From the human T2T-CHM13v2.0 reference genome, Homo sapiens: a stretch of 64,000 nt of DNA. Below are positions 47,275 to 60,269 of the stretch, one piece after another; positions within the stretch are counted from its first letter, which is position 1; each line of letters opens with the position of its first letter. Position numbers and translations under genes: made by a program. The notes below the pieces were generated by a model. That model did no database searches, was not told where the DNA came from, and saw nothing but the letters and a program-made list of their open reading frames with translations. The DNA lies in assembly GCF_009914755.1 (NCBI RefSeq), contig NC_060925.1; one strand, given 5' to 3'.

Positions 47275-48860
47275 ATTTTAACCACTCTATTGAGGTATAA
47301 TTGACTTACAACAGATTGCATATATTTAAAGTGTGCAATCTGCTAAGTGTTGACATATATACGTATCCATGAAGTCATTGCTGCAATCAACATAATGAAC
47401 ACAGCTATCACTCCCAAAAGTGTCCTTGCGCTTCTTTGTAATCTGTCTCTTTTTCCCTCTCTCCCTTCTTCAAACAACTGGTGGTCTGCTTTCTGTCACT
47501 GTAATTTATTTTGTATTTTTTAGACCTTAACATAGACATCCATAATGTACTTTTCGTCTGACTTCTTTCATTTGGCGTCATTATTTTGAGATTCACTCAT
47601 GTTTTCGTGTGCATCAATAGTTGTTACATTTTTTTTTTTTTTGCTGAGAATAATCCAGTAGTATAAATAAACCTTAACTTACTAATCCATTTTAGTTTTT
47701 TTTTTTTGAGATGGAGTTTCACTTTGTTGCTCAGGCTGGAGTGCAATGGCGCAATCTCGGCTTGCTGCAACCCCCGCCTCCCGCTGCGCGATTCTCCCGC
47801 CTCAGCCTCCTGAGTAGCTGGGGCGAGAGGGGCCCCCCACCTTGCCTGGCTAAGTTTTGTATTTTTAGTAGAGATGGGGTTTCACCATGTTGACCAGCCT
47901 GGTCTCAAACTCCTGACCTCATGTGATCTCCTGCCTCGGCCTCCCAATGTGCTGGGATTACAGGCGTGAGCCACCACACCTGGCAAATCCATTTATTTGT
48001 TGATGAACATTTGGGCGGTTTCCCATTTTGGGCTATTACAAATAAATCAGCTATGATCACTCATTTACGTCTTTGATTGGACATATGCTTTCATTTCCCT
48101 TGGGTAAATTCCTAGGTGCAGAGTAGCTTAGTCCTATAGTAAGTGTATGTTTAACTCCAAATAAATTTCATTTTTCTGCCACCAGTGTCTGAGAGTCCCA
48201 CTCCCTTGTCAACATTTGGCATGGTCAGTCTTTTTTTAAATTTTTAAATTTTTTATTTTTTATTATACTTTAAGTTCTAGGGTACATGTGCACAACGTGC
48301 AGGATTGTTACATATGTATACATGTACCATGTTGGTTTGCTGCACCCATTAACTTGTCATTTACATTAGGTATGTCTCCTAATGCTATCCCTCCCCCCAC
48401 CCCACAACAGGCCCCGGTGTGTGATGTTCCCCTTCCTGTGTCCATGTGTTCTCACTGTTCAATTCCCACCTATGAGTGAGAATATGCGGTGTTTGGTTTT
48501 TTGTCCTTGCGATAGTTTGCTGAGAATGATGGTTTCCACCTTCATCCATGTGCTTACAAAGGACATGAACTCATCCTTTTTTATGGCTGCATAGTATTCC
48601 ATGGTGTATATGTGCCACATTTTCTTAATCCAGTCTATCACTGATGGACATTTGGGTTGGTTCCAAGTCTTTGCTATTGTGAATAGTGCTGCAATAAACA
48701 TACGTGTGCATGTGTCTTTATAGCAGCATGATTTAATTTTAGACAATCTAGTAGTTACATAGTGGTATCTCATTATGGTATTAATTTGCATTTCCTAATA
48801 ACTAATGATGATGAACATCTTTTCATGTGCTTATTTGCTATCTTTCTAATTTTAATTCTA
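47275..48860 (-). mobile_element. Old L1M 3' fragment containing an Alu (47689-47984) and an L1PA fragment
   Basis: attgaggtataattgact...tttaaagtgtgcaat; gttgatgaacatttgg; atttgcatttcctaataactaatgatg. Confidence 0.8.
48232..48734 (-). mobile_element. 5'-truncated L1PA 3' end
   Basis: ttattatactttaagttctagggtacatgtgcacaacgtgcagg; minus-strand ORF2 C-terminus (TCTRMFIAALFTIAKTWNQPKCPS). Confidence 0.93.
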
Positions 48861-48879
48861 GTGACTAAGTCATGGAGAA

Positions 48880-49247
48880 TGTATTGGTCAGTTTGGGCTG
48901 CTATTAAGAGAATAACATAGACAGGGTGGCTTAAACTGCAAACATTCATTTATTAGAGTTTTGGAGGCTAGAAGTCTGAGATGAGGGTACCAGCAGGGTT
49001 GGGTTCTTGATGAGGGCCCTCTTTCTGATATGCAGATGGCTGCCTTCTTGCTGTATCCTCACATGGCAAAGAGAACTCTGGTCTCTTCTTCTTACAAGGG
49101 GACTAATTCCATCAGGAGGGCTCTACACTCATGACCTTATCCAAACCTAATTACCTCCCAGAAGTTTCACTTTCAAATACCACTATACTGGCAATTAGGG
49201 CTTCAACATATGGATTTTGGGGGGACAGAAATATTCAATTCATAGTG
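48880..49247 (-). mobile_element. MLT1A/B LTR
   Basis: tttgggctgctattaa...ggaggctagaagtctgagat...cttcaacatatggattttggggggacaga. Confidence 0.85.
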
Positions 49248-51100
49248 AAGACCTCAGAGATATTAATACTGAACTGAGAATTGAAGAATGGATTAGAAGT
49301 TGCATGGTCAAACAAAAAGTATGTGTTTGTATGTGCATGTGTCTGCATAGAATAAAGTAGGCTGTCATTAAAATTTTGATGTGAATGTATTTATCAGATT
49401 GTTTTATTCAGATAGAACAGAATCTAAGCCACATCAAAACTTGAAGCACTCTGGCAAAGAAGCGCTGCTGAAGGAGGATGGGCTGTTTGGGAAGAGTAAA
49501 AAAAACAAGTGGGGGGATTTGACAGAAATCTCAAATACTTCATTCTTACCTTTTTCTCCCTCACTATTCTGTATCTTTCTTGTTTCGGATTGGAAGTTCT
49601 GAATATTTGTCACCTGGTAGATCAGGTGATTTGCCTCTGAGTACCTGTTTGAGAAAATGACTACCAGGTCAGAATGGGATCAATATAATTCATTAGAGGC
49701 TTCTGACTACACTATCCAAAGCTCATTGACAACCAAAGTACACAAATAACATCTCCAGGTCAGAGTAAATCAGACTGAGCTATTGAGCCAAGGATAAGCA
49801 GAGTGTAGTCTCCATTTCAGTAAACTGAATTATCCTGATTTGCCCACCTGCTACATGCTCTCCTAGCCAGGTCTGGGTAACTGGTCCAGTTACCCTGAAA
49901 TAAGGAGCAAGAATTCTGTTGGCCAAGCCAACATTTGCATAAAGACCAGTATTCCCAGAAATAACCTGTGCTTTTGGATCTGGCAATCAAAAGCATTGAT
50001 TACCTTGATGGCACTGAAATAAAGCTCCTAGTAGGTCACTAGTTGTCAGGCAGTTCTTTAAGACAGTAAATAGCATATATTTATTCTGAGAGAAATATAT
50101 CCTGGTTTGGACACAAATGATGGCTACTTATATAAATGTTTATCTGTCATAAAAGTTTGTGAAAGCAGGTAATCATAAATGAATGATACTATAGTAAACA
50201 TTTTAACTTATGAACATTTCAAGTCATCAATCTTTTGTATGGGGCCAAGGCCCGCCCTTCCCTCACTTCCTGCATTCCTCCCTTCCTTCTTTCCTTCCAT
50301 AAATATGTATTAAACTTTTACTATGTGCCCAGTAATGTTTCAAGTGCTAGAGATAAAACAATAAGTAAAACAGAGAAAATTCGCAGTTCATATAAACATG
50401 ACCTAGAAGTGGAATAGGGGAATGTGGGAACCATGAGAATGTTCCCACAGACTTCCTACTACAGAGACCATAATTGATTGCTAGCTTCTTGTCTGTGTTC
50501 TCCCTCCCTTCCTCCTTCTTTTCTTCAATTACATATACATGATCTATCTTATCAGCAGGGTCTCTGGCAATTGAGATTACTGTAATAAACATTGATTACA
50601 ATGTTTATTAAAGGCATGCCTAAATTTGGGGACAAAGACAATCAAATGAATAATTATAATACCAAATATTTAGATACATGCTAGAGATATGAATGATGTA
50701 TCATGAAGGCCCTCAAGAAGAGATGACTAACTGCGTTTGGGAGAATTAAGGAAGTCTTTATAGAGCAGGTAATACTGAACTGAGGTTTGAACAGATTGGA
50801 GAACTTGTCAGAGAAGAGGAGAGACTGACTGTTACCTCCTCAACATGAAAACTTCTGAAAGTCCAGTAGTTTGGGACACAGTGATTGGGCACTTCCATGA
50901 GCTAGTGGCTGTATAAGAGAGTGGAGACTTAAAAAACAAATCATGATTGAATAAAGACATTGTTTTTAATTTTTTTTGTGATAGTGGTATTATGGTTATG
51001 TTTTCTTAAGTGAGCCTTTATCGTTTAGAGATCTATACTACCTTTAAATTTTTAAAGATAAAATTATAGAACATTTGAGGTGTTCTTTAAAATTATGCGT

Positions 51101-51171
51101 TGGTATTTACATTTTTAACATGCTACCATAGTACGTTTAGAATGATTGCCTTTGATTTTTTAAAAAATTCT

Positions 51172-51216
<45 letters not shown>

Positions 51217-51686
51217 GTCAATTAAAAACACTGGTTTTGTTCCATGTAAGCATTAAACAGTGTATTTAGGTTGCAAGAGATTGTGATGGTTGTTCTTACA
51301 TTTTAACTACCTTCACTTAATATGCTTGAACTGTCGCCTTAACTATGCTAAGCATCTAGAGTAAAAGCCAAAATATAATTTTTGCTGCCTTTCTAAAACC
51401 CAAAATGTAGTTCTCTATTAACCTGAAATGTACACTAGCCCAGAACAGTTTAATGGTACTTACTGAGCTATAGCATAGCTGCTTAGTTGTTTTTGAGATT
51501 TTTTTAGTCAATGCATAATGGAAACTTCTTTCTTCTAAAAGTTACCAGTGCCACTTTGAGAGAAGCGAATTGCTATATATTTAATGTAAAAATTATTACA
51601 CTAAACTTTTGACTCCTCTTTTGTTCATTTGTGGATTAAGTGGTATAATAGTAAAAATTATTACACTAAACAGGATAAAAAAATAA
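51101..51686 (+). pseudogene. 5'-truncated processed retrocopy containing only 3'UTR; matches my recall of SDCBP (syntenin-1) mRNA
   Basis: Collinear with remembered SDCBP 3'UTR (TTAACTACCTTCACTTAATATGCTTGAACTGTCGCCTTAACTATG...CTGAGCTATAGCATAGCTGCTTAG); short A tail; TSD aaaattatg at 51089 and 51688; TT/AAAA target. Confidence 0.8.
51173..51211 (+). repeat. (TG)n microsatellite inside the retrocopy
   Basis: Read directly. Confidence 0.95.
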
Positions 51687-52803
51687 TAAAATTATGTATG
51701 CATCGGGGGGAACATGAGGTTGGGTATAGATGGCTAGATTGGCCATATATTGATAATTGGTAAAGCTGGGTGATGAGTACTAGGGGCTCATTAGAATATT
51801 CTCTTTACTTCCTTTTTCTAAAAAAGAGGTTTCACTTATGAATAGAATATTTTCCATAATTAACATAAAAAAATAAGACTTGCTTCCTAACTTTGAAGAG
51901 TTCATAGTCTCTTGAGAAGAGAGGTCTCTTAAGAGATAGTTTTAATACACTAAACCCAATATGAAAGGATACATAATGTTGCAGAATAAAATAATAGTTC
52001 TTTAAAATAAAGAACTAACTTAACTGCTTCTACTAAGTAGGGAGTATACATAATTCATATCAGTGAGTAAAAAATCTCTACACAGCTTCCTTCTCTTTAA
52101 AGACTTGCGGGGAGAAAAATTAGATTCAGACAAGGTGAACTGTGTTTATCAGAGCATAAGGATGAGTCTTTGGATATATAAAGGGAAGACCAGAGGCATA
52201 TTTTTGAAACGTTGATATTTGTAAAGAGGATGGAGCGGGGGAGAGGGTGTGAGAATGAGCTGAGTGATATTATGCGATGCTTCTGTCAAGTTGGTGGACA
52301 TAATCTGGAGCTGTTTGTGTTGTTGTTATATAACCTCATCCATTGCCCCTAGACCTTCACAAAAGGCTGCCACATATATAATTTGTCATTTTTTTTTTCA
52401 TTTTCTCTTTTTCCTTTTGCAGAAAACAAGAAAATAAACCTGAGTTCCACATGATGGAACATGTTAGTCATGAGAGGTGATGTTGAAAGACTCTTGGGAG
52501 TAAGAACTCCCATGCATTAGTGCCATGAGAATGTTAACTTTAAGACTGCACAGAAGTTCTAGAAGGAAGGATCCAGGTTGGGGATGCTGACATGTAGGTT
52601 AAATTGGAATTACCTGTGTCAACAAGGACGATGAAGCTAATGTATTTAAGTAACCAATATTTTGCTGGAAGTGGGTTATCAGCTGCTGTATTATGTAAAG
52701 CAAGGAGTCAGGGTCCTGGGCAACATCAAAGCCTGAGATGCCATGAGGAAGAGAAGCACCAAAAAGGTGCTTCTGAAGAGAGGATAGAAAATGTTTGAAG
52801 GTG

Positions 52804-53131
<328 letters not shown>

Positions 53132-53959
53132 TTAAAAAAAAAGAGACCTTCTTTCAAATATGGGCACTTGGCCTTCATTTTATCTCATACCATACTAAAG
53201 GAAGACAAACAGTTGACTCTGAGGGCCTTAGCAATGACTTCTGTGGAAAATTTCAATTGCCATTCCGTAGAGATACTTACTTTCAATGCCTGTTTGCTTT
53301 GAAATGTGCTTTAAGTAAAATAAAATTAATATGGAATCTTTCCAGATACTTTGATCCTGATCTAATTACTTTAATGACTTAAATTGTGTAATTTATCTTG
53401 GTGCATCTGTGTTTGAACCAGCTGTTAGGCCAAAATTGTGGAAGTCAATTAAATATCTTAATCCTTTCACTTGGCAGTCTTGCCATTAAATAAAAATAAT
53501 TTTACTGCCCCATATTTGGTAGGCAAATTATGGTTTGAATTAAATTATTATATCATAGTAAATAAGTCTGAGCTATTGAGTAAAGTGAAAATTCAGCTTT
53601 TATCCAAAACATTTTATAGGCGCTTGTGTGCCCTATAGCTACCACATGATCCCCATCATATCCGGGAATTAAATCCTATTACTCTGAAAAGTCAGTTAAG
53701 AATCCAGATTCCAGAATAATTAGTACACATAATCTCAAACACATTTCCTTATTGTCAACTAAGGCTATTCATCATCTGGGAAATTACATTAAAATAAAGT
53801 ACTTTGCAGATAATTACTGAGCTTCAAAAAGGACGTTCTTTTGATGAGAGCCAATGTATTTTTGTTTTGCATTTAGACGGAAGATTAGAGCCTGCTCTTA
53901 CTTGGTGACACTTACTGTTCTGGTTTCTAGCAGCAAGTCCTTAGAAAGATGGTCACGTT

Positions 53960-54268
<309 letters not shown>

Positions 54269-54774
54269 TTAACAGAGGCCACATGTGGGCTGGAGTGGTT
54301 CTGAACTGCATTCACAGCATACTTTTAAATATAGGAAGATTTAAGGCACATGATGTGATTAAATTGCATTTAACCCATGTTGGACTGTGTACTTTTATGC
54401 TTTTCAGTATTATGTTATTTGAATAAAACAACAATCAGCACACTCTAGGCCTGGCATGCCGTCTACCAAAAACGCAACTATGTTTTTAAAAGTGAGTCTT
54501 TTAGAAAGCAATGCAAAATTTTTTCTAGATAAAATGATATGATGTCTCGGATTTTATCAGAATATATCCTACTCAGTTGTGTATGTATTGTCCATAGCAA
54601 CTTTTATGCTATCATGGCAGGGCTGAGGCGTTTTGTCAGATTCCATATAACCCATACCTGGAAAGCCTAAAATCACATTTTCAGTCTAGTTTTACATACA
54701 GCAATTTATACACTGCCATTGATGGAGACATGGATACTGCTCTCCATCTTCTACTCGGCTTAATGACCCATTCA

Positions 54775-55122
<348 letters not shown>

Positions 55123-55812
55123 TTACACAACAATACAAATTTGTTAGATAGCTGTGAAGAATTTACAATATGCCAGTGTATTGTTATAACTGCTAACTAT
55201 TTGGCTAGACTTTGTGTTTGATACATGTTAGGTATAGAAGATGTTATAGTAGAGATCTTGTTTGTTGGTTTGTTTTTTCCTTCTGATCATTCATCCTTAT
55301 TTATCTGCTAATAGTGCCTTGATTTACTTAGGAAAACATTTTTGTAAATGTATATTGGCACACATAAGATGGTAGGATTCTGAAGTATTTTGAAAATAGA
55401 ACCATTAGAATTTGCTGATGAATTAGTTATGGGGTGTGAAGAAAAAACAGGAGTCAAGCAAAACTAAATATTTTGGTCTCATCAACTGAAAAAAGTATCT
55501 ACTATAACCATGTCACATAATTCATATTTATTTGCTTATTCTTTGCCTTCTTTCACTAGTGGTTTGAGGTCAAGGGCTTTCTCTTTTTTCCTAGCAACTG
55601 GAAAAATACCTGGAGTGTAACATATTTTAAGTATGTTAAATTAATAAATGTCTAAGTATTTCTGTGGCATACACTTCACAGGTGTGAAGTTACATGGAGT
55701 TAAAATGAATGTATACATTTAATTTCAGTATGTTTGGAACTACCATCCAATTTCCCAATTATAATTCCACTAACTATGCGTTAGAATGTTATGGCTGCAA
55801 ATGAATGAGCAG

Positions 55813-56250
55813 TATGGTAGGCAGAATAGTGGACCCCCAAAGATGTCCATATCCTAATGTCTGGAAATTGTGAATATGTTATCTTACATGGTGAAAGGGA
55901 CTTCGACTTTGTGGTTAAGGTTAAGAACCTTGAGACGGGGAGAGGCTGTGGTCAGAGAGTGATGTGATAGCAGAAGACAGAAGTAGGATCACAGAGGTAT
56001 GACATTGCTGACTTAGAACAGAGTAAAAGTAAAAGTGGACATAAGCTGAGGAATGCAGGAGGCTCTAGAAACCAGAAGAGGCAAGAAAGTGGATTCTCCT
56101 CCAGAGCTTCAGAAAGGTATGCAGCACCTTGATTTTAGCCCGGTGAGACCATGTAAGACTGTGAACTTAAAGAACCTTATGATAATATATCTGTGTTTTT
56201 GAAGCTATTAAACTTGCAGTAATTTATTTCAGCAGTAACAAAAAACTAAT
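55813..56250 (+). mobile_element. MLT1C/D LTR
   Basis: ggtaggcagaatagtggacccccaaagatgtccatatcctaat...gcagtaacaaaaaactaata. Confidence 0.85.
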
Positions 56251-56327
56251 ATGAACAACATTTCAACCAGCAGGTGTTTGTGAGGATGGTGGTATGTCTG
56301 ATGAAAAGATAAGAATGAGCAAAAATG

Positions 56328-56636
<309 letters not shown>

Positions 56637-58293
56637 TGAGCAAAAATGGAGGCAGATTACATCACCAAGATAGTGGAATAGAAGGTAACCCTCTTATATC
56701 CTCCCAACAAGAAGAAATCTACACCAAGACATAGTTAAAAGTCACTCTATAAGAGCCTCAGTATTCAGGTAGATGCTTGTGAAACCCTGATGAAGTCCAA
56801 GACCTAGAAGGATCGTTTTGAGAGTCCAGACTGACAGTGCTGTCAAGCGGTTGATTCACCAAGTTTGCACCTGGGTTCAAGCCCAGAAGTGGCCTAGTCC
56901 TCCAAGGTGCTTGGCTCTAGTTCCATTTGGCTTTGAGCCTGCAACCAAAACCATCTGCCAAGGGGTCCAGAAGGAATTGAGCACACTAGTTCCTTGGCAG
57001 AAAGGTTAGTCTGCCTGCTGATATCAGTCTGGGCATGGAACCTGAAAGTTGCTGTATGGCTCTGGCCCAGCCTTCTTCAGCTGAGGTCCCAGCTCAGAGC
57101 TGCTTATAAAAGGGCCCAGAGGGATACTTACCCATCTCTTGCAGTCTGGTAGTCTGAGCCTCCCTGATGTGCTTGCCAACCTTGATCCCACAGCAGACCC
57201 TGAGCCAGTCCCAGCTCAGGGCCCTCCTTCTGCGATCAGGGAACTATCTCATCTGTGCAGGGAAGTCCTGGGAGACACACACACCTGCCTCTGAGTCACT
57301 GAGACTGGGCTGTCCAGCTTCTGCATCACAGCAGATCCTGAGGGAGCCCAGTTTTAGTTCTGGCCTCTCCTGCTGGAGTTTGGAAGCTATCCTGCCTGAA
57401 CTGAGACCTGCTGGGAGACAAGCACCTTTCTGGCCCTGTGAGATGAGCTCTCCAGCCTCTGTCCAACAGGAGCTCCTGCCAAAACACAGTCTCAGCTCTG
57501 ACCCCTCTTGCTGTAATCAGGGAACTATTCCATCTGTTCAGGGTTTTTCTGAGACACATGCACATTCTGAGCCAATGAGTCAGGGCTTTCCAGCCTCTAT
57601 CCCACAACAGAACCTGAGGAGGCCAAGTTTCAGCTCTGGCCCCTCCAGCTGCAGTCAGGGAAATACTGCATCTGCAAAGTAACTTGCTGGGCAACACCCA
57701 CCCCTCTGAGTTAAGATGGAGCTCTCTAGCCTCTGTCCCATAGCAGATCCCAAGGGGGCCCGGTCTCAGCTCTAGTCCTTCCTGCTGCAGCCAGGAACTA
57801 TCTTGTTTGTGCAGGCACATGCTGAGAGATGCATACCTGTCTGAGTCAATGTGGAAGGCGTGCTATCCCTTCCACATTGGGGCCCAGTCTCATCTCCAGC
57901 CACTGCTGTTGTATTTGACGAATGACCCTAGTTGTGTAGGGACCTTTTGGGTGATGCATGCACATTACAGTCAATGAATTGGGCCTGCCAGCAGATCCCA
58001 AAGAGGCCCAGTTTCAACACCAGTCCCTCACGCTGCAGTCAGGACACATATTGACTGTGCAGAGGCATGCTGGGAGGTATACATGTCTGGGCCACCAGGG
58101 CAGTCTTCTGGACTCAAGACCTTGGCCAGAATTCCCATACAGCCCCAATACCCTCCTTGGGTCTTCCCTGGGTCTATCTGGGCCAGAAAGCCATGCCACC
58201 TTCTCATGAGACTCATAGCAAACCTGGGCTTAGAGCATCCTCTAGTGTTGAGATGGTTGCAATGGCCGCAGTCTCAAAAAACACAACAGTCAG

Positions 58294-58672
58294 TGATAAG
58301 GTTTCGCTGTTGCCTCCACTCAAAATCTCATCTTGAATTGTAATCCCCACAATCCCCATTATCCCTATAATCCTCACGTGTCAAGGGCGGGACCACGTGG
58401 AGGTAATTAGTTCATGGAGGCAGTTTCCTCCATGCTGTTCTCATGATAATTAGTGAGTCTCATGAGATCTGATGGTTTTATAAGTGCCTGGCATTTTCCC
58501 TACTTGCTCTTCTCCTTCCTGCTACCCTGTAAAGAGGTGCCTTCTGCCATGATTGTAGGTTTCCTGAGGCCTCTCCAGCCATGTGGAACTATGAGTCAAT
58601 TAAACTTCTTTCCTTTATAAGTTACCCAGTCTTGGGCAGTTCTTCATAGCAGTATGAGAATGAACTAATACA
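58294..58672 (+). mobile_element. THE1C/D-like solo LTR nested in L1
   Basis: tgataaggttt...ctaataca; 5-bp TSD GTCAG. Confidence 0.9.
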
Positions 58673-59486
58673 GTCAGTATACTTAGAATCCCTGGAAGGC
58701 CTTTTGAAGGAGGACAGGCACAAACAAAGCCAGACTGCGATGACTAAAATAAACATCCAATCCCTGAATGCACAGACATTGTCACAGATCCACAAGTATT
58801 AGGAACATTCAGGAAGATATGACCTCCCCAGAAAATAAGGTGCCAGAGACTGACTCTAGAGTGATAGAGATGTGTGATCTCTCAGACAAATAATTTAAAA
58901 AAGCTGTTTTTAGGAAGATCAATAAATTTCAAGAAAATAGAGATAATTCAGAAATTTATCAGAGATATTTAATAGGAAGATTGAAATAATAATAATTAAA
59001 AGTTTTCAAATCTGGAGAAAGATATAAATATCCAGGTACAAGAAGGTCAAAAGTCACCAATCAGATTAAACTCAAATAAGATTACCCTAAGACATATAAC
59101 CAAACTCTCAAGGGTCAAAGACAAAAAGATGATTCTGAAAGCAGTAAGAGAAAAGAAGCAAATAACATGTAAGGAAGATCCAATACACTTGGCGACAGGC
59201 TTCCCAGCAGAAATCTTATAGGCTGGGATGAAGCGAAATATATTCAGAGTGCTAAAAGAAAAAAAAACCCTGTCAACCAAGAGCACTGTACCTAGCAAAA
59301 CTATCCTTCAGAAATGAAGAGGAACAAATGAAACAAAACCTGAGGGAATTTATTGCTATCAGAATTGTCCTAAAAGAACCACTAAAGGGAGTTCTTCAAT
59401 CTGAGCGGAAAGGATGCTAACGTGATTGTTGTACTAATGTTGAAATCATAGTGTTTCAACTATGGATATCTTTAGTAAAAAGACTA

Positions 59487-59831
<345 letters not shown>

Positions 59832-60010
59832 TTAAGAGATATACAATATAAAAATGTAAATTGTAACATCAAAAATTTTTAATGTTGTGGGAGAAGGGAG
59901 TTAATGTGTACAGGTTTTTCTTGGGGGAGGATTGTTTGTCTTTATTATTATTATTATTTGCAATGAAAATTAAGTTGAAAACAGTTTTAAATAACTTGTT
60001 ATAATGATAA

Positions 60011-60269
60011 GTTTTGTTTTTTTTTGTTTTTTTGAGACAGGGTCTGACTCCTGTCGCCCAGGCGGGAGTGCAGTGAGATCATGGCTCACTGCAGCCTCGA
60101 CTTCTGGGCTCAAGCAGTCCTCCTGCCTCATTTTTTGATTTTTTTTTTGGTAGAGATGAAGTTTCACTATGTTACCCAGGCTTGTCTTGAACTCTTGGGC
60201 TCAAGTGATCCTCTTGCCTCAGCTTCCCAAAGTACTGGAATTACAGGTGTAAGCCATTGTGCCTGGCCT
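60011..60269 (-). mobile_element. AluJ with an internal deletion, nested in L1
   Basis: Reverse Alu arms with the central part missing. Confidence 0.88.

Larger units (their letters stand above)
50955..51870 (+). mobile_element. L1MC-type 3' fragment split by the retrocopy
   Basis: gtgatagtggtattatggttatg ... ttgataattggtaaagctgggtgatgagtactaggggctcatta. Confidence 0.65.

Noticed and set aside
52385-52425. Strong polypyrimidine tract plus CAG acceptor
   Set aside because: No convincing partner donor or reading frame; isolated acceptors are common.
57187-57870. Repeat array considered as CRISPR-like or as a coding repeat
   Set aside because: Eukaryotic context; contiguous degenerate monomers without unique spacers, inside an L1 5' region.
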